Shown here: piece after piece, positions 49,078 through 57,752 of the stretch
Numbering within the stretch: position 1 is the first letter of the stretch
How the letters are laid out: each line of letters begins with the position of its first letter
Source: Nibricoccus sp.
Lineage (GTDB): Bacteria; Verrucomicrobiota; Verrucomicrobiia; Opitutales; Opitutaceae
NCBI GenBank assembly: GCA_047602425.1
Contig: JASGHG010000001.1
Coordinates: forward strand, 512,001 to 576,000
Length of the DNA: 64,000 bases
Direction: 5' to 3'
The notes under the pieces: generated by a model
Told to the model about the DNA's origin: nothing
The model's input: the letters and a program-made list of their open reading frames with translations, nothing else
The model's database searches: none
Program-made: the position numbers and the translations under genes

Positions 49078-51135
49078 ATGCATAATACGCACGGAAAAAT
49101 CCGGCGCATTGCGTTCACGCTTTGCGCTATCCTTACAGCAGCGGCCTCGTCCGCTTTCGGCGCCATCGCCTTCGATGCCGTTGCCACCAAGACGGCCACC
49201 AACGCCAGTTCCGTCACGTGGTCCCACACGGTCGGCACCGGCACCAACCGCATCCTCCTCGTGAGCCTGGCTACCGAGGATACGAGCACCACCGTGCTGA
49301 ATCCGTCGGCCGTCACGTTTGGTGGCGTTGCGATGACCGCAGTTCCCAGTGCGACCGCAACCGCCGGTTCGAGCACTTTCGATCGGACGCAGCTCTACTA
49401 TTTGCTCAATCCGACTTCGGGCATAGGCACGGTCTCTGTGACCTTCGGCGGCGCCGTCAATGGCGTCACCGCTGGCTCCGTTTCGCTCTCCGGCGCAACT
49501 CAGTCCGCTCCGGCCGGTTCCACCGCAACTGCCACGTCAGGCAACACGATCTCCAAGGCCACGACGGTTTCCACGGCCGGTTCCTGGCTCGTCGACGTCG
49601 CTTGCTCGGGCGCTTCGAGCTCAACCTTAACTCAAGGTTCGAGCCAAACCAAACGTTGGGGCGTCTCCACCACCAATAACGGCGGTGCGGGCTCCACCCT
49701 CGCCACATCCGCCACCGGCTCCTTCACCAACTCGTGGACGGCTTCGAGTTCCAGCCAGCTCGCGCTCTCCGTCGCGGTGCTCACGCCGGCCTCTTCCGGC
49801 GGTTCATCGAGCAGTTCCTCGTCTTCGAGTTCTTCTTCGTCGTCGAGTTCCTCCAGTTCCTCGTCGTCGTCGAGCTCCAGCAGCAGTTCTTCCTCTTCGA
49901 GCTCAAGTTCGTCCTCCAGCAGTTCGTCGTCGAGTTCCGGTTCCGGTAGCTCTGGCATCATCTACGTTTCCCCGAGCGGCACCGATTCGAATCCCGGCAC
50001 GCTGGCCGCTCCGACGACCTTGACGGCAGCCATCGCCGAAGCCGCACCCGGTGACACGATCTACATGCGCGGCGGTACCTACAACTACTCCACCACCATT
50101 ACGATCGCCTTCGGCAACAACGGCACTTCGAGCGCCACGAAAAAAGTCTTCGCCTACGCCAGCGAAGTCCCTGTGCTTAACTTCTCCGCCCAAGCCACCG
50201 CCGACGCCAACCGCGGCGTCCAGCTCTTCGGCAACTACTGGCACTTCAAAGGCATCACGATTCAGAATGCCGGCGACAACGGCATGATGGTTGGCGGTAA
50301 TAACAACACGATCGAGCGTTGCATCTTCAAGGGCAACCGCGACTCCGGCCTGCAGATTTCCCGGCGCGCCAGCAGCCTCACCAGCATGTCCGACTGGCCC
50401 TCGAACAACCTCATCCTCAACTGCGATGCGTTCGACAATGCCGATCCCACCGCCGAAAACGCCGACGGTTTCGCCTGCAAACTCACCAACGGCCCCGGCA
50501 ACGTCTTCCGCGGCTGCATCTCCCACCACAATATCGACGACGGCTGGGACCTCTATGCCAAGACCGACACCGGCCCGAACGGCTCCGTCCTCATCGAAAA
50601 TTGCATCGCCTATGGCAATGGTACGCTAACCAATGGTTCCACCACAGGTAGCGGCGACAAGAACGGCTTCAAGCTCGGCGGCTCCGGCGTCGACGTCGTG
50701 CACACCATCCGGCGCTGCATTTCGTTCAACAACGGCCACCATGGTTTCACCGACAACAACAACCAAGGCGCCATGACGGTCCTCAACAACACCGCGTTCA
50801 ACAATACCAATTCCAACTTCAATTGGCGCGATGGCAGCACCTCGACGTTCACCAACAACGCCTCGTACAATTCTGGCGATTCCGACAAGTTCGTCGGCAC
50901 GCTCACTGGCACGACCAACCTTTTCTGGGTCAATGATGCCAGCAGCAACAATGGCGGCACGAAGGTGATTTCCGCCGCCGACTTCCAGAACCTCACCGCT
51001 CCCTCCGGCGGCTTCTCGCGCAACAGCGACGGCAGCATCAACCTCGGCACGTTCGCCAAGCTCGTCTCGACGAGCGACCTGGTGAACGCCGGCACGCCTT
51101 CCGGCACGGACATTGGTGCCGTCGAGAGTTACTAA
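49078..51135 (+). CDS. Secreted PL9-like pectate lyase (beta-helix) with uncharacterised N-terminal domain and poly-Ser linker
   Basis: Signal peptide; IYVSPSG.D.NPGT, GDTIYMRGGTY, ENADGFACK, DDGWDLY, GDKNGFKLGG. Confidence 0.88.
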   Translation: MHNTHGKIRRIAFTLCAILTAAASSAFGAIAFDAVATKTATNASSVTWSHTVGTGTNRILLVSLATEDTSTTVLNPSAVTFGGVAMTAVPSATATAGSSTFDRTQLYYLLNPTSGIGTVSVTFGGAVNGVTAGSVSLSGATQSAPAGSTATATSGNTISKATTVSTAGSWLVDVACSGASSSTLTQGSSQTKRWGVSTTNNGGAGSTLATSATGSFTNSWTASSSSQLALSVAVLTPASSGGSSSSSSSSSSSSSSSSSSSSSSSSSSSSSSSSSSSSSSSSSSSSSGSGSSGIIYVSPSGTDSNPGTLAAPTTLTAAIAEAAPGDTIYMRGGTYNYSTTITIAFGNNGTSSATKKVFAYASEVPVLNFSAQATADANRGVQLFGNYWHFKGITIQNAGDNGMMVGGNNNTIERCIFKGNRDSGLQISRRASSLTSMSDWPSNNLILNCDAFDNADPTAENADGFACKLTNGPGNVFRGCISHHNIDDGWDLYAKTDTGPNGSVLIENCIAYGNGTLTNGSTTGSGDKNGFKLGGSGVDVVHTIRRCISFNNGHHGFTDNNNQGAMTVLNNTAFNNTNSNFNWRDGSTSTFTNNASYNSGDSDKFVGTLTGTTNLFWVNDASSNNGGTKVISAADFQNLTAPSGGFSRNSDGSINLGTFAKLVSTSDLVNAGTPSGTDIGAVESY
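49162..49792 (+). repeat. Duplicated ~630-bp domain, copy 1
   Basis: AIAFDAVATKTATNASSVTW...SQLALSVAV, near-identical to 51310-51940. Confidence 0.9.
49804..49938 (+). repeat. Poly-serine linker (about 45 Ser)
   Basis: Mixed TCN/AGY codons. Confidence 0.95.
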
Positions 51136-51225
51136 CCGGCGATTATCGCCACGAATTCCACCAGCCGTTCGCACCCGCGGGCGGCTGGTGTTTCCATTTT
51201 CCCCACAAACAACCACCCCACGCCC

Positions 51226-53517
51226 ATGTTCCCTCCCCTATTCCGCCGTTTCCGCGCGCTGCTGAGCGTCGCACTGTTATTCGCCGTCGCCGCGCCCGCC
51301 ACGAAGGCCGCCATAGCCTTCGATGCCGTTGCCACCAAGACCGCCACCAATGCCAGTTCCGTCACCTGGACCCATACCATTGGCTCAGGTACAAATCGCA
51401 TACTTCTCGTAAGCCTCGCCACTGAGGACACCAGCAGCACCGTGCTGACTCCTTCGGCCGTCACGTTTGGTGGCGTTGCCCTGACCGCAGTGCCCAGCTC
51501 CGCCGCCACTGCGGGTTCAAGCACGCTGGACAAAACCCAGCTCTTTTACCTGCTCAATCCCGCGGCGGGCACCGGCACCGTATCGATCACTTTTGGTGGT
51601 GCTGTTAATGGCGTTTGCGCTGGTTCGGTTTCGCTCTCCGGCGCCGCGCAATCCGCTCCCGCCGGTTCTACCGCCACCGTTACCTCCGGCTCCACGATTT
51701 CGAAAGCCACCACCGTTTCCACGGCCGGTTCCTGGCTCGTCGACGTCGCTTGCTCGGGTGCCTCCAGCTCAACCCTAACCCAGGGTTCGAGCCAAACCAA
51801 ACGTTGGGGCGTCTCCACCACCAATAATGGAGGTGCCGGTTCAACCTTGGCCACGTCCGCCACCGGTTCGTTCACCAACTCGTGGACAAGTTCCAGCTCC
51901 AGCCAGCTCGCACTTTCCGTTGCGGTGATCGCACCAGCCAGTTCCTCGTCCGGCTCTTCGAGCAGCTCCTCTAGCTCTTCTTCGTCGTCGAGTTCTTCCA
52001 GTTCCTCGTCGTCCTCGTCGAGCTCCAGCAGCAGCTCTTCATCTTCGAGTTCCTCGTCCTCTTCTTCGTCAAGTTCGAGTAGTTCGTCTTCGAGCAGCAG
52101 TTCGTCCGGCTCCAATGCGAAATACAACCTCACCGGCTTCGCTACCCAAGGCACCGGCACCACGGGCGGCGGCGTCCTCGCAGTCGGCGCAGCTGGCTAC
52201 GTGCAAGTCACCACTCCGCTCGAACTCGCCAATGCCATTATCTCTTTCAACAAAAACGCTGGCGTGAAAGTCATCGAGATCATGAACAGCCTCGATCTTG
52301 GCTGGAACGAAATCGGTTCCACCGTGCAAACTCTATCCAGCACCCCGTTCCGGTCCGCCACCACGCCAAAACTCCATCCCAAGCTCATCACGACCGGCGT
52401 CAGCGTAATCGACATCAAGGGCTCCGCCGGCGACCTCACGATCTTCTCCGCGAATGGAGCAACCTTGCGGCACGTCACGCTCAATATCAAGGGCACTTCC
52501 AACATCATCATTCGCAATCTCAAGTTCGACGAAATGTGGGAGTGGGACGAAGCCTCCAAGGGTGATTATGACTCCAATGACTGGGACTTCATTGTCCTCA
52601 GCAACGGCGGCGCTGTCTCCAACGTCTGGATCGACCATTGCACGTTCACCAAGTCCTACGATGGCATCGCCGACATGAAGAAGGGCACGCAAAACGTCAC
52701 CATTTCCTGGTGCAAATACGTCGGTGACGATGGTGCAATCAACTCCAATAGCATGGTTCGGCAACAAATCGCCAAACTCGAGGCCAGCCGCTCCTCCTAC
52801 ACGTTCTACAATTTCCTCCGGACAAATGGATTTTCCGCCGAGGAAATCGTTCAGATCGTCCAGGGCCACGACAAATGCCACCTCATGGGCGCCACGGAAG
52901 ATCCCACCGGCACCACGAACGACTCCCTATCGGCCACGTTCCATCACAATTTGTTCCAGAACATCTGGGATCGTTGCGTGCCGCGTCTCCGCGGCGGCCA
53001 GGTTCATAATTACAATATCTACGTCGACGACTCCGTCGCCCTCGTAGCCAAGCGCCTGCGCGATGCCCGCGTCGCCGCCATGAGCACCTCGGCCCAGACT
53101 TCGATGAACAGCACTTACTCGTTTAATCCGTTCCTCAACGGCTCGATCTCCACCGAGGGCGCCGCGCTTCTCGTCGAGAAATCGGTCTACGTCGATTGCC
53201 TCACTCCGTTGCGCAACAATCAGACCGATGTCACCGATCCAACCTACACCGGTAAAATCAAGGCTGTCGACTCGATCTATGTCATGCATAACGCCGATGG
53301 GACCACGACCAACATTCGCGGCAATAGCACCGATGCCGGCAATCCCTACGGTCCTTTCCAGGCGCCTGTCATCGCCTTCTCGTGGAACACGTTCACGAAT
53401 CTGCCTTACAGCTATTCGATGGACGATCCGGCGAACTTGCTTCCGATCCTGCAAGCCGGGGCCGGGGCCGGAACGCTCACTTGGGATAAATCGAACTGGC
53501 TAAAGACCTCGTACTAA
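51226..53517 (+). CDS. Secreted PL1-like pectate lyase with the same N-terminal domain and poly-Ser linker
   Basis: GFA..GTTGG, NIIIRNLKF, VWIDHCTF, YDG..D, TISWC, TFHHN, R.PRLRGGQVHNYN. Confidence 0.88.
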   Translation: MFPPLFRRFRALLSVALLFAVAAPATKAAIAFDAVATKTATNASSVTWTHTIGSGTNRILLVSLATEDTSSTVLTPSAVTFGGVALTAVPSSAATAGSSTLDKTQLFYLLNPAAGTGTVSITFGGAVNGVCAGSVSLSGAAQSAPAGSTATVTSGSTISKATTVSTAGSWLVDVACSGASSSTLTQGSSQTKRWGVSTTNNGGAGSTLATSATGSFTNSWTSSSSSQLALSVAVIAPASSSSGSSSSSSSSSSSSSSSSSSSSSSSSSSSSSSSSSSSSSSSSSSSSSSSSSSSGSNAKYNLTGFATQGTGTTGGGVLAVGAAGYVQVTTPLELANAIISFNKNAGVKVIEIMNSLDLGWNEIGSTVQTLSSTPFRSATTPKLHPKLITTGVSVIDIKGSAGDLTIFSANGATLRHVTLNIKGTSNIIIRNLKFDEMWEWDEASKGDYDSNDWDFIVLSNGGAVSNVWIDHCTFTKSYDGIADMKKGTQNVTISWCKYVGDDGAINSNSMVRQQIAKLEASRSSYTFYNFLRTNGFSAEEIVQIVQGHDKCHLMGATEDPTGTTNDSLSATFHHNLFQNIWDRCVPRLRGGQVHNYNIYVDDSVALVAKRLRDARVAAMSTSAQTSMNSTYSFNPFLNGSISTEGAALLVEKSVYVDCLTPLRNNQTDVTDPTYTGKIKAVDSIYVMHNADGTTTNIRGNSTDAGNPYGPFQAPVIAFSWNTFTNLPYSYSMDDPANLLPILQAGAGAGTLTWDKSNWLKTSY
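51310..51940 (+). repeat. Duplicated ~630-bp domain, copy 2
   Basis: Offset 2148 bp from copy 1, with long identical nucleotide stretches. Confidence 0.9.
51955..52107 (+). repeat. Poly-serine linker (about 51 Ser)
   Basis: Mixed TCN/AGY codons. Confidence 0.95.
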
Positions 53518-53532
53518 TCTTCACTCGTTCGC

Positions 53533-53565
53533 GGCGGGTTTCTCTCTTCGGGAAACCCGCCTTTT
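53533..53565 (+). terminator. Rho-independent terminator after the pectate lyase pair
   Basis: GGCGGGTTTC...GAAACCCGCC-TTTT. Confidence 0.85.
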
Positions 53566-53594
53566 CAACCCCGCCCCAAGCCGCCGACTGTTGC

Positions 53595-54365
53595 ATGACC
53601 GAGCTACCGTCAAGAACCAGTCCCTCCCGATCCCCGCTACCCAATTCGACGGACGCCGCCGCCGTCGCCGCCAGCCGCTCGCCCATTCCTCCGCCGCTCG
53701 AACTTAGCCTGGGCCCGCGACACCATCTCTTGCGCACGGCCACTTACCTTCTTTTTGGCGCCGCGCTCGTCACCGCCGGCTGGATGCTGCTGCCTCACGG
53801 CAACAGCCGCGAGACAACTGCGGAACGGAGCCGCATCCGCTATCAAGAGCCAAACCGTCTCTCCAACACCGAACAAAACTCCGCCAATCTTTCGCTGCCA
53901 TCGCCGCCCGCCGCGGTCATTGCCGTCCGCGATTCCGAGTCCGATCCCCGCGAACCCGGCCTCAGGCATATCACCACGCTCCAACTCGCTGGTTCCTTCT
54001 CTGAAGCTGCCGACTACGCCGTCGCCGCCCCGCTGGAATATCGCCGCGACTTCACCATCGCCGCCTACCACGAATGGGGCCGGCACCACCCCGACCAAGC
54101 CATCGCCTCCGCCGTCCGCATCGAGGAAGCTTTCACCCGCGATTTTGCCATGCACTCCGTCCTCTCCGGCTGGGCGCGCAACGATCCAGAGGGCATGGCC
54201 GAGGCCGCCCTCGCCTTCCCCGACAGCGATTTTAAAAAAGCCGCACTCACCCGCGCGCTCCGCGCCTGGATGATTAAAGATCCGAACCTCGCCGGCGACT
54301 GGATCATGACGCACCCCGATGTGGTGCCCGTCGCCGAGGAAATGTTTCGCAAAGACCGCCGGTAA
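53595..54365 (+). CDS. Membrane-anchored helical-repeat hypothetical protein
   Basis: One TM segment followed by repeated W...(D/H)P..A helical units. Confidence 0.7.
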   Translation: MTELPSRTSPSRSPLPNSTDAAAVAASRSPIPPPLELSLGPRHHLLRTATYLLFGAALVTAGWMLLPHGNSRETTAERSRIRYQEPNRLSNTEQNSANLSLPSPPAAVIAVRDSESDPREPGLRHITTLQLAGSFSEAADYAVAAPLEYRRDFTIAAYHEWGRHHPDQAIASAVRIEEAFTRDFAMHSVLSGWARNDPEGMAEAALAFPDSDFKKAALTRALRAWMIKDPNLAGDWIMTHPDVVPVAEEMFRKDRR

Positions 54366-54448
54366 CCAAACGCGTCACGGGCTTCGCGGACACAAACCGC
54401 TCGGCGGATGTTGCGATATTGAGTGGTTGTGCTTTCTTGAGCCCGGAT

Positions 54449-55693
54449 ATGAAAACCCAAATATCAAGGGCGGGAGCCCTGTTGTTCATTGTTACTGCGT
54501 GCACGTCGTTCGCCGATGTGGCATCGAAAACCCCGAAATGGACCGCCCAACCGGGCAAACCCACCTACTTCATCAACTCCGTCGCCGTCTCGGCTGACGG
54601 CAGCCGCGTGGTCGGCGGAACCTTCTACCACGACTACGGCACAACCAAACGTTCGGACTACAAGGACACCACCAGCACCAACTCGGACCAGGGCACCTAC
54701 GGAACCTATTGCTACGACCAAAACGGCGCTCTGCTCTGGAAAGACGAGTTCAATGGTTACGAAGGCACCTACTGGGTAGACATTTCGACCGATGGCACCT
54801 ACGCCGCCTCCGGAGGCAAGGCCACGACCAAGGCAGGCTTCGTCCGCGCCTACGCCGTCGCCGGCACGGGCTCCACCCGCAAGCGTCTCCTCGACTATCC
54901 CACCACGTCCCGCGTCAACCAAGTGGGACTCTCCGCCGATGGCACTTGGCTGGCCGCGGGCGCTGAAAAACTCTATCTCTTTAAACGTGGCGCCGATGGC
55001 ACCTACAAACTCACCGGCAGCTACGACGCCGGCAGCACCGTTGAAACGATTGGCATCTCCGCCGACGGCACGCGCGTAATCTGTGGCTCCTATCAATCCC
55101 TCCTGTTCGTGTTCGACAACACCGACGGCACGCTCGCCAAACCGACTCAATGGAAACTTCCTTCCTCGTATAGTCATTCGATTCGCCTCACGCCGGATGG
55201 AAAAATCTTCGTGGCCGGCGGACCGTCGGGCTACGTCTACTATTTCGACATCGACGAACTAAGAAAAACCGGCAAACCCACGCTTAGCTACCAGTGTCCA
55301 GCGCAGTCGGCCGTCTACGGTGTAGCTGTGGTGGACGACGGCAGCTATTTCGCCGGTGTGTGCAATAACAGCTCCGCCGACAAAAAAGGCCTCGTCTTCT
55401 ACATCCAACGCAACGGATCCACCGGCACGCTAAAATGGACCTACAAGACCGATCGTAATCCCAACTGCGTTTCCCTCAACCAAGCCGCGGGACTCGCCGC
55501 CGTCGCCGACGGCCACCCGGATGGTTCGCCTGGCAATTTCTACCTGCTCGACACCACAACCACCAATCCCGATGGCAATCTCCTTTGGCAATATGGCACC
55601 GGCAACATGAGCTGGCCGATCATGATCTCCCAAAAAGGCAACGCCATCGCCGCCGGCAGCGACGACTCGAAAATCTATTACTTCACGCCCTAA
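54449..55693 (+). CDS. Secreted beta-propeller (WD40/PQQ-like) protein
   Basis: Signal peptide; repeated (V/I).IS.DG blades, LLW motifs, AAGSDD.KIYYF. Confidence 0.82.
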   Translation: MKTQISRAGALLFIVTACTSFADVASKTPKWTAQPGKPTYFINSVAVSADGSRVVGGTFYHDYGTTKRSDYKDTTSTNSDQGTYGTYCYDQNGALLWKDEFNGYEGTYWVDISTDGTYAASGGKATTKAGFVRAYAVAGTGSTRKRLLDYPTTSRVNQVGLSADGTWLAAGAEKLYLFKRGADGTYKLTGSYDAGSTVETIGISADGTRVICGSYQSLLFVFDNTDGTLAKPTQWKLPSSYSHSIRLTPDGKIFVAGGPSGYVYYFDIDELRKTGKPTLSYQCPAQSAVYGVAVVDDGSYFAGVCNNSSADKKGLVFYIQRNGSTGTLKWTYKTDRNPNCVSLNQAAGLAAVADGHPDGSPGNFYLLDTTTTNPDGNLLWQYGTGNMSWPIMISQKGNAIAAGSDDSKIYYFTP

Positions 55694-55712
55694 CGACAAA
55701 AAGCCACAGCCA

Positions 55713-55753
55713 GAAGCCATTCGTGCGTCTGTAACCGGGCGCACGAATGCTTC
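55713..55753. terminator. Hairpin between convergent genes
   Basis: GAAGC(C)ATTCGTGCG...CGCACGAATGCTTC. Confidence 0.55.
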
Positions 55754-55762
55754 GTTCACGAT

Positions 55763-56527
55763 TCAATAAAATAGGGGTGCAACCATAGACAAAGCTGCCC
55801 CGATCAATGACACGTGCCGAAATCGTTCCTTGGCTTGATACGATAAAACGCAAAATGCGATCCCGACGACTGTACCTATAAAAACCAATGGGAAGGGCAG
55901 TTCTTCAAATAAACTAAACAATGCGCCCAACCACGGGATTCCGGCCGAAAACGCTCCGAATACAATTGAAGTTTTCCAACGATACTCTCCGGAGAAAAGC
56001 GGTGCCATACTATTTACTTCCGAAAGTTGAATCGCACGCCCAGCGTCTAAAGGGTCGTCTGCGACAATAGCCTGATCTTTCTCTATACAATCCACGCGAT
56101 ACAGAAGCTCTTGAATGAAATCGTCGCATTCGGGTGCCTGATGAGTTTCTCGAACAATATAGAAAATTGGTTTGCCCCAGTGATCGAAAAATTGAAACGC
56201 ATCAACTCGAGGAATGCCTCGAATTGTCATAATCAGGAAAAAAAACGCGAAGATAACGGGCCATCCGATCAATGCGACCGGCATACGCTCGCGAGTCAAA
56301 AGCTCGTAGGATAACCAAAGACAAAACAGGCTAGGTACCAGCGGTACCGCAATTAATATGGCGAATCGACGAGCAACGCGCTGATACTCGGCACTGACGC
56401 TTTTAAGCAAGAACTCCGTACGCTCCTTCTTTCCGAACTGCGTCTTACTCAGCACGACCACGTCATTCTTGAGCTCAAAAATCGCCAACCCAAGTCGGGA
56501 TTTTTGAATAAAAACACGATCAGCCAT
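55763..56527 (-). CDS. Hypothetical membrane protein
   Basis: 254-aa ORF with about five hydrophobic segments; lower GC than neighbours. Confidence 0.7.
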   Translation of the reverse strand: MADRVFIQKSRLGLAIFELKNDVVVLSKTQFGKKERTEFLLKSVSAEYQRVARRFAILIAVPLVPSLFCLWLSYELLTRERMPVALIGWPVIFAFFFLIMTIRGIPRVDAFQFFDHWGKPIFYIVRETHQAPECDDFIQELLYRVDCIEKDQAIVADDPLDAGRAIQLSEVNSMAPLFSGEYRWKTSIVFGAFSAGIPWLGALFSLFEELPFPLVFIGTVVGIAFCVLSYQAKERFRHVSLIGAALSMVAPLFY

Positions 56528-56548
56528 TTTCGTCGGTAACGAATCTTT

Positions 56549-57646
56549 CTACACCGGCACTTGCTCGACGATTTCGAGATTGTACCCGTCGAGACCGATG
56601 GCTTTGCGGGGGTTGTTGGTCAGCAAACGGATCTTGCGCAGTCCTAGCGAAACCAGGATCTGTGCACCAATTCCATAGTCACGGAAACTCATCGGCATGC
56701 CTTCACCCGGCTTGGCATTGAGCTGGCGGACAATGGCTTCGCCGCGATTGCCCGGCTCCATGTAGAGCACCACGCCGCGGCCGGTTTTCGCCACCGCCTG
56801 AAGCGAAGCCTGCAACGTCCGTTGACTGTCCATGCCGTTCGCGCGGAAAACGTCGCTGAGTAAATTTTCCGCGTGCACGCGCACCAGCGTCGGCTCGGCG
56901 TTCAGGTTGCCCATCGCGAAAGCGTAATGATGGCGACCGTCGATCTTGTTGCGAAAAACATGAACGGTGAACGCGCCGTATTCGGAGGCAAACGGCTTCG
57001 TGGACACCAACTCGACCAATTGATCGCGGCGATGCCGGTACTCGATCAACGAGGCGATAGAAATGAGTTTTAGCCCAAAACGTTTTTTAAATTCAATCAA
57101 CTGCGGCAAACGCGAAACCGTGCCATCGTCGTTAACCACTTCACAGAGTACGCCACTGGGGTGCAAACCGGCCAACATCGCCAAATCGACCGCCGCTTCG
57201 GTGTGGCCCGCGCGTTCCAACACGCCACCTGGACGAGCGCGCAATGGGAAAACATGGCCAGGTTGCACGAGTTGCTCCGGATGCGCGTCGGGATTTGCCA
57301 GCGTGCGAATCGTCTGCGTGCGGTCATAGGCGCTGATGCCGGTCGCGATGCCCTGCGCGGCGTCGACCGACACCGTGAAATCCGTGCGATAGGAATCGCG
57401 GTTGCGACTCACCATCGGCCCGAGGCCCAGATGACGCAATTGCGGTTCCAGCATGGGCACGCAGACAATGCCGCTGCAGTAACGGATCATCATGTTGACC
57501 GTTTCGGGAGTGGCCTTGGAGGCGGCCATGATCAGGTCGCCCTCGTTTTCGCGATCCTCGTCGTCAGTAACAATCACGAGCTTCCCGTCTGCGATGTCTT
57601 TGATCGCAGACTCTACCGAATCAAAATCAGCGTGCACTTCAGTCAT
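56549..57646 (-). CDS. ribB: 3,4-dihydroxy-2-butanone-4-phosphate synthase fused to a degenerate GTP cyclohydrolase II domain (RibBX-type)
   Basis: DDEDRENEGD, FTVSVDA, PGHVFPL, RAGHTEA; C-terminal RVH, RDYGIGAQIL, LLTNNP without the Zn-binding cysteines. Confidence 0.93.
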   Translation of the reverse strand: MTEVHADFDSVESAIKDIADGKLVIVTDDEDRENEGDLIMAASKATPETVNMMIRYCSGIVCVPMLEPQLRHLGLGPMVSRNRDSYRTDFTVSVDAAQGIATGISAYDRTQTIRTLANPDAHPEQLVQPGHVFPLRARPGGVLERAGHTEAAVDLAMLAGLHPSGVLCEVVNDDGTVSRLPQLIEFKKRFGLKLISIASLIEYRHRRDQLVELVSTKPFASEYGAFTVHVFRNKIDGRHHYAFAMGNLNAEPTLVRVHAENLLSDVFRANGMDSQRTLQASLQAVAKTGRGVVLYMEPGNRGEAIVRQLNAKPGEGMPMSFRDYGIGAQILVSLGLRKIRLLTNNPRKAIGLDGYNLEIVEQVPV

Positions 57647-57725
57647 GGGAGCGGAAACGTCTGACACTGCATCGCGGCTGTCAACCCAGCCATCACCCCG
57701 CCTCATCTCGGCCTCTGTAAAGTTA

Positions 57726-57740
57726 TCACGTATTACGTGA
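57726..57740. promoter_or_regulatory. Perfect palindrome TCACGTA-T-TACGTGA
   Basis: Intergenic, about 80 bp upstream of ribB. Confidence 0.45.
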
Positions 57741-57752
57741 CAAACCGGCCGA

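Noticed and set aside
57647..57752. FMN riboswitch upstream of ribB
   Set aside because: The gap is too short and lacks the RFN consensus motifs.
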